This document shows, piece after piece, positions 10,571 to 22,295 of a DNA stretch of 64,000 nt. The notes under the pieces were generated by a model. The model searched no databases and was not told where the DNA came from. It was given only the letters and a program-made list of their open reading frames with translations. This stretch comes from Azolla caroliniana (Eukaryota > Plantae > Polypodiophyta): the NCBI GenBank assembly GCA_043228905.1, contig JBHGNT010000007.1, positions 12,710,001 through 12,774,000 on the forward strand. Reading direction: 5' to 3'. Numbering within the stretch: position 1 is the first letter of the stretch; each line of letters starts with the position of its first letter. Position numbers and translations under genes: made by a program.

Positions 10571-13074
10571 TGTTGAGCGGCAAGCTCAACCGGATCCGGA
10601 TCGGCTAAATAAGCCTGAGCCAGATCGGCATACGGAAGGATGAGCTGGATCGGTGAGCCGGTGAGCTGGGGAGCCGGTTAGCCAGATCAAGCAGTAATCG
10701 GAAGCCTAGTAGCAGCCTAGACTACTAGGTAGTTAATGTCTCGTAGTTAGTGTCAGATGCTCGTGTGAGCATTGAAGTACACTGTACTTCTGTCAGTCCG
10801 CTTAGGACTTGTATGAATAGTGTTGTTGAGCATGTTGGATGTACAGAGCTTGAGAGTTAATTTTTTGAATAGAGTTTTATGTTCTGCTCTTTCTCTGTCT
10901 CTCCCGCGTACTATGTATATTCAAGCTCTCCATTAAACCTGCATTTCTGTTTTCGGTTTTCTATTGATTCCACACGTTATTCTTTTTACATGGTATCAGA
11001 GCGCGAGGGTTGAGAACCTCTACAGCCAACATCAGCATCTGAAGACAAACCCTAAGACCCGGTAAGAACAAAAAGAGAAGTGATGGACAGAGGATGACTA
11101 GCTCGCTCCCGGTGGAGAAGCTCGACAGATCCAACTACGCATCTTGGTCTTACAAGATGCACCAGTACCTGCTTGGGCATGGTTACTGGAGCTATGTCGA
11201 CGGAGCTAACAACACAGCACCTGATGCGGCACATAAGGACTTCCCAGTGTGGGAACAAGCGGCAAGCAAAGTGATGTACTACTTTGCGTCTAGTGTCAGA
11301 GACCAACTGTTGAGCCATGTCCGAGATGCCAAGACGCCAAAAGAAGCTTGGGGAAACCTGAAGAAGGTTTTCACGGCAAGCACTACAGCCCGGAAGCTGC
11401 AACTCCGACAGGGGTTGAGCAATGTCCGACAGAAGCACATGTCGGTAGCCAATTACACAGCCCGAATCAAAGAGATCTGTGACTCACTTGCCTCTATCAA
11501 CGTCATTGTAGAGGAAGATGAGATGGTGCAGATCTGTCTTAGGGGCCTAGCGTCTAAGTTCAGAGCGTTCCGAACGGCGGTATATACAAGGGAGAATACG
11601 CCATCATTTTTCAACTTACAGTCGATGCTCCTTGTAGAGGAGAATCACGCCGGTGCGTCAACAAGTGCACCCACCGACAACCGAATGTTGTACACAGAGG
11701 CAGATCGGCCCCGTGGGCGTGGTGGACGAGGCGGGTCGGGTCGCAATGGTAGCGGCCAGCAAGAGCAGGACCGAAGGCACAGAGAACGTGCCGACAGCAG
11801 TTCCAGACCCTCCACAAGCAGGGGGAGTCAAGGCGGCGCCAGAGGCCGGCAAGCAAAGGCCAACACGGAATGCTGGTATTGTGGTAAAAAGGGCCACAGA
11901 GAAAGCGAGTGCTAGAAGAAGCATGCCGATTCAGACAGATCCGGATCCGACAAGGCCTACAGAAAGAACCGGCAATACTCGCACTACGCAGAAGGATCAA
12001 GAGGATCCAAAACTGGAAAAGCCGGTAACGAGCCAGCCTTGGTGATGAAACACGAGGCTAACTCGATGAAGAAGAACACTTCCAAATCGGAGGAAGTGTG
12101 GTACATTGATTTCAGGGCGTTGAATCACATGACAAGCCACAAAGAGTGGTTCTCTTTCTTGGAGAAACCGGAACAACTGGGAGTCGTCGAAACCGGAGAT
12201 GACACTCCTCACCCAATCGTGCATGTCGAAGAAGTCCCTTTGAGCCACGTCGGACAGAGGGGGAAGCTGATGAACGTGTTACACGTTCCGACCATCACGA
12301 AGAACCTAGTGTCAGTCGGTTAGATCGTTGACCAGGGGATGCAAGTGTGGTTTACGCACCTTGGGTGCTTCATCGAGGAAGAGGGCCAGATTATTGCGCA
12401 AGGGCCCAGAGATGGGAGGATGTTCATCCTCGACACCAATGACGCCGGCACTGCTTTGTTCACCAAAGGACGGAAGATTGAATCGAATATTGATCTCTGG
12501 CACAAGCGGATCGGCCACGTCAACTACCGGAGGCTTCAAGATCTGCAAATGAAACAAGTTGTTTTCGGTTTGCCGAAGTTCAGTGGCCGGAAGGTCCAAA
12601 TATGTGAAGCCTGCCAACTCGAGAAGCAACACTGACTTCCATTCCCTACCGAACGAAACCGTAGCCATAACAAGCTCAACCTTATTCATTCGGATGTATG
12701 GGGACCGGCACAGAACGTTAGTCTTGGCGGGAGTCGATATTTCGTCTCCTTCATCGACGACTACAACCGGCACACATGGATCTACCTCATTGAGCGGAAG
12801 AGCGAAGTCTTCAAGTGTTTCTGGAACCTGCAAAGACTGGTTGAACGGGAAACGGAGAGGAAGATCAAGTGCTTGCGGTCGGATGGCGAGAAAGAATACT
12901 TTTCCGGCCAATTCAACAGTTATCTGCAGCAGAACGGAATTCGGAGAGAATTCAGCTGCAGGTACACACCGGAGCAAAACGGTGTGGTCAAAAGGAAGAA
13001 CCGGTCGATTGTCGACACGGCAAGGGCAATGCTGGAGTAGAAGAGCATGCCCCATTTCTATTGGGCGGAGGCGG

Positions 13075-14003
13075 TGTCGTGAAGTTGACACTTTACGATG
13101 TGAAAACAATGTCAAAAATCTATAGAAGTGCATTTCCCATCTGGAGCTTATGACAAGGAGCATGAAGGAATTTTTGGTTCGTGAATCGGAGTTCAGAAGC
13201 CCAAGATACAAGCTTCGGAAGGATTAATGTTACTTGGGACAATAATGTAATTATGTCAAAAGGGGGAGTCAAAATTAAATAATGGTTATTTCTATAATTT
13301 CTTAAATATAGAACTATAAAATTGAATTGTAGCATCAATAAATAAAGAAAATAAAATAAAATAAAATAAAAATAAAAATACAACAGCCTTACATGAGGTG
13401 GTTTGTCAACCGCCTCAAGAGGGCGGTAGGGCGGTTGACCACCCTATATAAGCCACGCCTATGGTGGCTAAAGGGAGAGGGAGGAGGAGAAGGAGAAGGA
13501 AGAGAAGGAAAAGCGAGTGAAGAAGCTCGCGTGGGTATGGGATGCAGAGCTCGCCAAAGAAGATGGTGGCCTGCATAAATCAAGACAAGAGTTAAAGAAA
13601 AGAAAGTGAATACAAAAACGGAAGAAGTTAAAGTGGTGTAACTCAAACGCCTCTTTGTAAACAAAAGGTCGTGAGTTTGAATCCTCTTCAAATAACTTCT
13701 TCTGGTAATCAAATTTTGTAATATAAATTTAGTATATATAAAGTGAAAGAGAAAGACAAATAAATATCTCAAACGCTTCTTCTCAAATAGAGTTTGAGTT
13801 CAAGTCTTGCCAAGTAACTTTTGGCAAATAAATATTGTAAGTGGTGGTTTTACAAGTAAAATTCTTTTCGCGACAACGTCGCATTTATCTTGCCTTATTG
13901 GCTTCTTGTCATTGCACCATTTGCGATTACAGGTTTTCACCCCGATCATCCCCGAGTCATAGAACCCCGGCAGTTGCGACACACAACCACAATCTTCACG
14001 ACA
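13075..14003 (+). mobile_element. Gypsy-group solo LTR (929 bp) inserted into the Copia B integrase
   Basis: 10-bp terminal inverted repeat TGTCGTGAAG...CTTCACGACA and TSD GCGG (13071-13074 / 14004-14007). Removing it restores the integrase peptide WAEAVRMA. TATA-like CTATATAA near 13444. Confidence 0.9.
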
Positions 14004-14755
14004 GCGGTCCGAATGGCCATCTACACCCAAAACCGGATCAGTGACAAGGTGTCCGCGCATGAGCTGTATTTCGGACGCAAGCCGAATTTGAGACACCTTC
14101 ATATATTCGGTAGCATTGCATATGTGCATGTGCCAGATGAAAAGCGGAGGAAGTTGGATGCAAAGTCGGAGAAATGCATCCTAGTTGGTTACTCGCATGA
14201 GCAAAAGGGATATAAGTGTTATAACCCTCGGACAAAGCAGGTCCAAGTTAGCCAAGATGTTGAGTTTGATAAGACAGCATCATGGTATGCCTTACCGGCT
14301 CCAACTTCCGACCCCGACCCGATACCGGAGGATGAGACTAGTGAGCCTGAACCGGTCCAGTTAGAATATGAAGACCTCGGCACTCTAGAAGAGAGTCCGA
14401 TCTCATTTCAGTTAAGTGGACCGAATGAGCGACTGAGTTGGGATGACCAGTCGAATGAGGAACCGGTGAGTAATGGAGACTCTGTCGTGCTCTCGCCGCG
14501 CATGGAACCGAGGAAACAGTTCACGCGCAAAGAAAGAAAGAAAGAAAGAAAGATATATTAACGTCTTCTAAGGCCAAAATTGGCCCATGAGACAAATGGT
14601 GTACAACAAAAATGGGATATTTACCCATTCATCGAAAGTAAAAATAAAAATAAGATAAAATAGAGTTTAAGCTAAATAGTTCTAAGAAAACAACAAACAT
14701 GTTCTATATAAAAAACATGTTCTACAATGAGAATGATTCTATACTAGGCCTAATT

Positions 14756-17700
14756 TCATTTCCATCCAAGTCTCTCGAAGAGAAGCGGGGGGTCAAAGGG
14801 TTGCCATGTGGATGTGGCCCGTGGTCCGCATGTAAGAGGTACCCCAACCATAGCTTCGAGTCGACGTAGCTCACGTTCCCTTATCTTCTTAATCTTTTCT
14901 ACTCCACGTTGACTTGTGTTGAAGCCCAACATCCGAGGACGTTTGGTTGCTCTTTGTATTTCTGCTTCCTCAAGGGAGAGGCCGAGCGGCATAAGTGTAT
15001 CCACATTCATCGTCTCCCCATGTTCCTGAAAAATTACACTAGGTACATGTTGATGAGTAGTAAAAGGGTTATGATTAACACTTTGTAATTTATCCTCCCT
15101 ATGTTGTTTTAGCTCTAAGATATACCTACCTAGTCTCTTTACACTCGGGGTATCTAATAGTTTGGAGAGGGTGGGAGAGGGTCCTAGTATGTCTTGGTAT
15201 TCCGCCCGTATCTCGGCATAAGTTGGGCACTTGCATGTGAAGTGATACTCATCCTCTATCTCTATGTGGCATAACCTACATAGCCTTTCCTCTCTAGGGA
15301 CTCTATTAGCTCGACCATTCTCAATCTCAAGTTGGTGAGATGATATCCTAAGTTGTCCAATGGCCACCCTTAGTGCATTTGATAAGAAAGTATCTAGGTA
15401 TCTTGGTCATGTAATAAACCCTAACTTAGAGAAGTGCAAGAAGTGTTCCTTATAGTACACCATTTTAGATGGGAGTGGCTCTCGTGGGGTGATCCATTTG
15501 TATCGAGTGTAGATTTGCCATATTTCTTGGCGTATCACTTTATTACGATCTTCACGAGAGATTAAAGTTTGATCAGTCCCATGGTTGTACTTAAGGGGAG
15601 GTAGGTTATTAATGTCTATGCCATTTGCAAATAACCAACTCACCACAATGCTATACCAAGAGTTAGTGTCTCCAGACACATGTAAGGATCGGGATGCCTC
15701 AAAGGCTCGACGGGATATCCTATCTTGTGGTTGACTATGTATCCGATGAATAAAAGCTACCACTTGAAAGAGTGCTTCTACTAACATCGGGGGTAGGCTA
15801 AACTCCGCTCTAATAATGTCATGTGGTACTGTCGATTTGCTTCGGAGTTGACGTGATAACATCACCACTAAAGGTCTCTCCAATTGCGTCCACATGAAAG
15901 ATGGTAGACCTGGAGCCCATACTACTGATGCATACATGAGGGACGGGGTCACTAATGAGTCGAAAAGCCATCCCTTAGTCCGTGGTTCTTGAAAGTATGC
16001 TTGGTGGCATTGTCTCTCTAAGAGTGAGAGGGATGCATATCCTCTCGTTAGCCTATCTTTGGCTGCCTGGGTCATCGAGAATTTACCTGAGCGAGCACTA
16101 AAAGTGACTCCCAAGTATACATAAGATCCCACCACCTCAACTAGTTTATGAGAGAGGATGAGGTGACATTTACTCCTAACTCTGGACGATGTATGAAAGA
16201 TAAGGACTTTAGTTTTCGCTAGATTCACTACCAGTCCTCGTTGTGTACAAAAGTCATCTAGGGCATTAAGATGCTTTTGTAGGTCGTGTTCCGACTCCGA
16301 GAGCAAGACAATGTCGTCTGCGTAGAGTAAGAGACTAACTTGCGTATCCCTAATAGCCACTCCTTTGCCTCCCTTACGAGCAATAAAATCAGTGATCTCA
16401 TCAATGTAGATCCCAAAAAGAGTCGGTGATAGGGGGCAACCCTGTTTTACACCAATGGTGCTAGTGAAACAATCGGATAGGCCACCTGGGCATCTTACGC
16501 GCCCACAGACTTGCTCATATAGGGCATAAATGGCCCAAATCATGTCATTTGGTATCTCCAAGCTCTTAAGTCTATCAAACAACCTCTCCCTAGGAATTGT
16601 ATCAAAGGCTTTGCGAAAGTCCACAAAGCAACAATATAGTTTCTTCTTACGAGCCTTTGTTTGGTCAATTAAGCACCTAAGTGTGAAGATGTGGTCAATA
16701 GTGGAGAAGGCTCGTCTAAAGCCAGCCTGCTCAGGTGCTCGAAGACTTAATGTTTCCATATAATCACTGAGCTCCGCTTCCATTACTGCACCATATAGTT
16801 TAGCAAGCGTATGACCTATCATAATGGTCCTATATGTATTTGGGTCCATTGGGTCCCCTCCTTTATGTATAGGGGCCACAGTGTTCATGGCCCATTGTGG
16901 TGGAAAACCCTCGGCGAGGGCGCGGTTGAAGATTAGAGTGAGAAGGGGAGCTAGGCACTCTCGAGCATATATGATGTGCTCGGCTCGCAATCCTGTGTGG
17001 TCCATGGATTTCCTATGTTGTAATTTTTTTATGACCTTCATGACCCTAGAGGTCGTGAAAAGTGTCCCCATGGTAGGTCGAGGTGTGGAGGGCATTGGAA
17101 TGGGTGGTTGGTTCGGGACATGGTAGAGTCTCTCGGTATATGTGTGCCAAATATTGGGATCCTCGATGGGTGTTTGTGGTCTCGGTTCCCGTAGTCTCTT
17201 CCATGCAAGGGCACAATCCCTACTCATGAGCATATGGTAGAGTTCCCAATATTGAGATGCTTCCCAAGCTCGTCTTTTACGACGTGTCATCTTGCGCATC
17301 TCTTTGCGAGCCTGTACTAAGGAGATAGTACCACTGAGTCGCGATACTTTAAGTTGTCTATACAACTCTCTACAATCCTCGTCATACCACTTGTTTTGTG
17401 GCATAGACCCTATTCTACTATGATTGGAGTCTTTCGTGTATGGGAAGCTACTAGTGGCGGCTGAGTGAAGGATGTGTGTGAGTTCTGTAGTGAGGTTCTC
17501 TAAAGGCAAGGAAGAATCAAACGAGGAAAGATGGGCTTGAACATGTCGAGAGTAGATGTCCGCGAGCTCATGCGTGAAATGTATTATAGTGTGATGGGCT
17601 GGTTTACTAGAGTTGGTGGTGTGGGAGGTGTCACATTTTAGCTCAAAGTATAGGAAGGTATGGTCTGCCCCAATGGGGCATGGGGCCACCCGGAAGGAGC

Positions 17701-18505
17701 TAACCATGTGGGTAGCTTCAGGGCGTCCTATTAGATAATCAACGGTGCTTTCCCCTCCTCCATGTGGGAAACATGTGAGCTCTTCCGAGCCCGGCCACTT
17801 GGCTAAGCCATTATATATGATCATCTGGTGTCGGCTTCCAAGTTCAAGCAGATGATGGCCAAAGCTTGTGGCATCCGCACCTTGATCCTTCGATGTACGT
17901 GTTATGCCTAAGGCTAAAGGGTCGACATTCACCATTTCTAGGTTTCTATCCATCTGAAATATTGTGCATTGTCGGGACTGGGTTCTCGCATTGAAATCTC
18001 CTACCAGGAAGACTTCCCCTTGAGAAGAATATCGGATTATGTCATCCGACAAAGGTTCGTATGGAGAAGGCCCATGTGGCGTTCCTTCATCAACTATACT
18101 CGCCTCTCCAGCCATATTGTAGCGGGACCCTTTCGGGGGGAAGTAACAAACTGCGATAAATATCACCTGATCCTTACTAGTGAGGACTTTCACCCACATA
18201 AAACGGGCTTCTGGGTCTGACTTTAGTATTTCTATCCTATTATTTATCTCTTTCCGAAATAATATCGCAACCCCCCCAGACCCTCTAGTAGTGTGTCGAC
18301 GTGAGGTTTGTCTAAAGACAGATTCCCAACGAAAACCGTCAACTCGTGGCAGTCCTCGATTTGGGCTTTGATGTGTTTCTACTACAAAAAGTATATCAGA
18401 TACTTTCAAAATCTCCTCTAGACGGCCAGGATGTGTCCAAAGTGCGCCGTTACAGTTCCATAAAGTGATCCTAAGTTTATTATCTGTCACATGGGCCACA
18501 CGCCG
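14756..18505 (-). CDS. LINE ORF2 (endonuclease, reverse transcriptase, Cys/His domain), with one internal TGA at 15407-15409
   Basis: The 1030-aa ORF 15407-18499 and the 203-aa ORF 14756-15367 are in the same frame, separated by a single TGA (probably CGA>TGA). Confidence 0.9.
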
Positions 18506-18693
18506 TCAATTGGCGGCACGATCATTTATTATGACACGTCCGTCCCGGTAGAAAGCACGATGCCCCTCTTTACGAGCTTGTATGACTCGCGGCATACAAG
18601 TTTTACGATGCTCAATTTGCATCTTGGTCAAGTCTTCATCGAGGTAGATAGGCTCCCCGCCCAAGCCTCGAAGAATTGGTCCCTCCAGGTTTT
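18506..18693 (-). CDS. C-terminal remnant of LINE ORF1 (L1 ORF1 / Tnp22-like C-terminus)
   Basis: Manual translation gives ...ILRGLGGEPIYLDEDLTKMQIEHRKTCMPRVIQARKEGHRAFYRDGRVIINDRAAN*. It is not in the ORF track and is in frame with ORF2. Confidence 0.7.
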
Positions 18694-21600
18694 AGAGAAG
18701 AGGAAGAAGAAGATGCCGGAATACGAAACCGGCAACGTTGAGTCGAATCGGAGCAAATCCGACTCCGGAAAAGAAGAAGGCGGATCTTCGGCAACAAAGA
18801 CCGAACCGGCCAAAAAGGGCCTCAAACCGGGTAACGATAAGTTATGTCGGTCTTCCCGCCAGAAAACCCTCGTGAAGAGGTATGGGTACAATGAGTACAT
18901 GATGCATCACTATGCGTACATGACCAGGGTGGCGGAAGTGTGTGAGCCAGAGAGCTACGCAAAAGCGGCAAAGGACGCAAATTGGCGTGTCGCTATGGAG
19001 GAAGAAATGCGGGCACTTGATGCCAACGACACATGGGACCTAGTCGACCCTCCCCAACACTGTAAACCGATCGGATGTAAGTGGGTGTAAAAGGTAAAAT
19101 ACAATACCGACGGTTCGGTTAACTAGTACAAGGCCCAGTTAGTGGCAAAGGGATATGCGCAAACCCACGGAATCGACTACTACGAGACCTTCGCTCCAGT
19201 AGCGAAGATGACGACGGTTCGTGTGGTGTTGGCGGTTGCTGCGACAAGGGGGTGGCATCTTCACTAGATGGATGTGAAGAATGCATTTCTTCAAGGCGAT
19301 CTTGAAGAAGAGGTCTTTATGACCCAACCCCCTGGTTTCCAGTTAGAGATGAACAAGTTGACGATATGTCGTCTAAAGAAGCCACTTTATGGCCTGAAGC
19401 AAGCCCCTCGAGCTTGGAATGCGAAGATCATGCATCGGTTGCATAAGATGGGGTTTACGGCCTCCAAGTCCGACTCTTCGTTGTTCATTGGGCAAGGTTC
19501 GGATGGTCCAGTTTGCATCTTGTTGTATGTTGATGATCTAGTCATCACCGGACCCGGACTCGATGAAATCAACCGAGTCAAGTCCCAACTGTCATACGCA
19601 TTTGAGATGAAGGACCTGGGGGACCTTCACTATTTCCTTGGGATCGAGGTGATCCGAACCCCCGACAGCATATTGCTCTCACAAAGACATTATGTGTTGA
19701 ATATGTTGTACAAGTTCGGCATGACGGAATGCCGACCAATCTCCACACCCCTGGACCGGAACCAAAAGCTCCGTCTCGACTCTGGACCGGCCTGCGATGA
19801 GAAGCGGTTCCGACAAATCGTTAGAAGCCTTATATATTTGACAATCACCCGACCCGACATCAATTATCTAGTCAGCGTGATCAGCCAATATATGCAGAAG
19901 CCGACCGTGGAGCACCTTTTGTGCGCGCATCGAATTTTGCGATATGTGAGCGGCACGAAGGACCGGGGACTATTATACCGGCATGGTAGAACGGAAGAGC
20001 TAGTCGGCTACACAAATGCCAACTGGGCCGGCGATGCATCAGATCACCAATCCACCTCCGGCTATATGTTTTCCCTTGGTAGCGCGGCTGTTGCATGGAG
20101 CAACAAAAAGCAACCAACAGTGGCCCTTTTGAGCACTAAGGTTGAATACCAGGGTGCTACCGTTGCCACCTGTGCAGCCATTTGGCTTCGGCGACTGCTG
20201 CAAGACCTGCGGATTGAGGTACCAACCCCGATCCTGATCTACTACGACAACATAAGCAGCATGCAGCTCACCAAGAACCCTATATTCCATGCTCGCACAA
20301 AGCACATAGAAGTGCACTACCACTTCGTGCTTGAGCGTGTCCTGAGCGGTGAAGTCGAACTTCGGTATGTTAATACAGATTGGCAAGTTGCCGACATCTT
20401 CACCAAACCGCTCGGATCGGACAAGTTGCAGCACTTCACCGAAATGCTTGGTGTTCAGCATCTCAATGTGTCACACTTGAGGGGGAGAACGGGCAAAGAC
20501 GCCAGAACGGGCAAAGGCAAAGAAACTGCCGACTGCGTTGGTGAGGGAAGAACCGACAAAGGGAGAGACAAGAAGAAGAAAGGAGCAGAGTTGACAAAGG
20601 AAGTTGACACATCCGAACAAGTCGGAACAAGCGGCAGAGTCAAGAAGGACAGAGCCGACCGGAAGAAGAAGGCCAAGACTCGGACATGGTCCGATGTGGT
20701 GAAGAGACTGGAACCAGAAGACGAATCGAGAGCAACCAATTCGGACAAGAGCTGGAACGAGTCGGAGACAACCGATTTCGGTTCAATAGATGGATTCGGA
20801 AGATCCGGATCAACTGAAGGCCAAGCAAACGAGAAGGCAGCGGAAGTCAACGCCAACACAAAGGAACCGGCGAGTCGACAAGTGTCAAAGTCACAGCAAC
20901 GAGGGAGCTGAATTGGGCATGTTGAGCAGACAAGCTGACCAAGGAGGTCAACACACACAGAACCAAACGGGGTCGCGGCAAACAGGACCGTATCGGACGA
21001 GGAGCGTGAGCGAGGCGGAGTGACGCCAGAAGGAGCCGGGTGGAAGGACTGGCTGCCATGGAGACCGACACTACGATCCAACCTCAAGTTGAGCTTGAGG
21101 GGGAGTCTTGAGCAGCAAGCTCAACCGGATCTAGATCGGCTGAATAAGCCTGAGCCAGATCGACATCTGGAAGGATGAGCTGGATCGGTGAGCCGATGAG
21201 CAAGTGAGCCGGTGAGCTGGGGAGCTGGTTAGGGAGCCGGTTAGCCGGATCAAGCAGTAACCAGAAGCCTAGTAGTAGCCTAGACTACTAGGTAGTTAAT
21301 GTCTCGTAGTTAGTGTCAAACGCTCCTGTGAGCATTGAAGTACACTATACTTCTATCAGTCCGCTTAGGACTTGTATGAATAGTGTTGTTGAGCACGTTG
21401 GATGTACAGAGCTTGAGAGTTAATTTTTTGAATAGAGTTTTATGTTCTACTCTTTCTCTGTCTCTCCCGCGTACTATGTATATTCAAGGCTCTCCATTAA
21501 ACTTGCGTTTCTGTTTTCGGTTTTCTATTGCTTGTGCACGCTATTCTTTTTACAAGTACACACACTACATGAAAAAACTCTCCAAAGTCATGCCACCAAA

Positions 21601-22295
21601 TATTTTTATAGATGATTTTCACATTAATCCCATAATCTCATAAGTATTCTATTGCATTTTTCTAATTATCATGCTATTTATGCTATTAATCACAACGATA
21701 GTAACATTGCTAATCATGCTCATAATCCTCATGAAAATCACCTAATCCCTTAATCTTTAGTCACCAACCAATCCATCATGCATTTAGGTATTCTATTGAA
21801 TTTTTCTAATTATTTGACCACCTTCATAAATTTGGGGAGATTGCAGCACGCAATTCCTGTTAATAAATGAGTAAAAGCATGGAGATTTTCACTCCAAATG
21901 ATGAGATTCTTTATGATTGGAAAATTACATTCCAAATGCTTGTGATTTATAGGTTATAATGGCAATACCTTAACACTGCTTGAATATTTTATGTTTCTTG
22001 TTAAAGAAAATGATATATTAATCCCCATGAAGTCCTCATATAAAAAGATGTGAATAATATCCCCATCACATATCAGAAGACAATGCAAGCTTTAAAAAAA
22101 TGTATGAACCCAATATCTACGAAGAATAGATGTAAATGAAACCACCACATATCAGATGGCAGCAAGCTTTTAATATAATGTTCAAAACCCAATATCATTG
22201 CAAATGATGCAAGGTTAGTGGAACAAGAATTTCTTATTGACAATCTCAACAAATTGTTTACAGAAACTATGCATAATTTCCAAGTCACGAGTATG

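Larger units (their letters stand above)
14533..18693 (-). mobile_element. 5'-truncated non-LTR retrotransposon (RTEX-like LINE) with a (CTTT)n tail
   Basis: APE endonuclease (WNCNG, ETH, GDFNAR, DY, DH), RT (KQGCPLSP, YADD) and C-terminal LRISSHQLEIENGR...CRLC...EDEYHF..CP.Y motif. (AAAG)6 at 14529-14552 on the + strand. Copia B sequence resumes at about 18694. Confidence 0.9.
11094..20911 (+). pseudogene. Copia B gag-pol polyprotein, with nonsense codons and two insertions
   Basis: ORFs 11094-11915, 12039-12323, 12339-12635, ~14008-14530, ~18694-19090 and 19268-20911 follow the Copia domain order gag-PR-INT-RT-RH. Confidence 0.9.
10571..21554 (+). mobile_element. Ty1/Copia element 'B' (LTRs 10571-10990 and 21106-21554) carrying a Gypsy solo LTR and a LINE
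   Basis: Paired LTRs, PBS TGGTATCAGAGC (10991-11002, tRNA-iMet), gag with CWYCGKKGHRESEC, protease, integrase (LIHSDVWGP, LRSDG, YTPEQNG), RT (LYVDDLVI), RNase H (HARTKHIEVHYH, ADIFTK), and PPT at 21097-21105. Several in-frame stops. Confidence 0.95.

Noticed and set aside
12312-13211. 299-aa minus-strand ORF
   Set aside because: It is the antisense shadow of the Copia integrase, runs across an insertion boundary, and has no recognisable motif.
13869-13882. GCGACA-ACGT resembling another LTR end with a TSD inside the solo LTR
   Set aside because: No matching ACGT|TGTC left boundary was found. It is better explained as the small palindrome GCGAC-AAC-GTCGC, and it was not counted among the seven insertions.
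15407-15409. Second possible readthrough stop in LINE ORF2
   Set aside because: It lies within a conserved region and fits simple CGA>TGA deamination.
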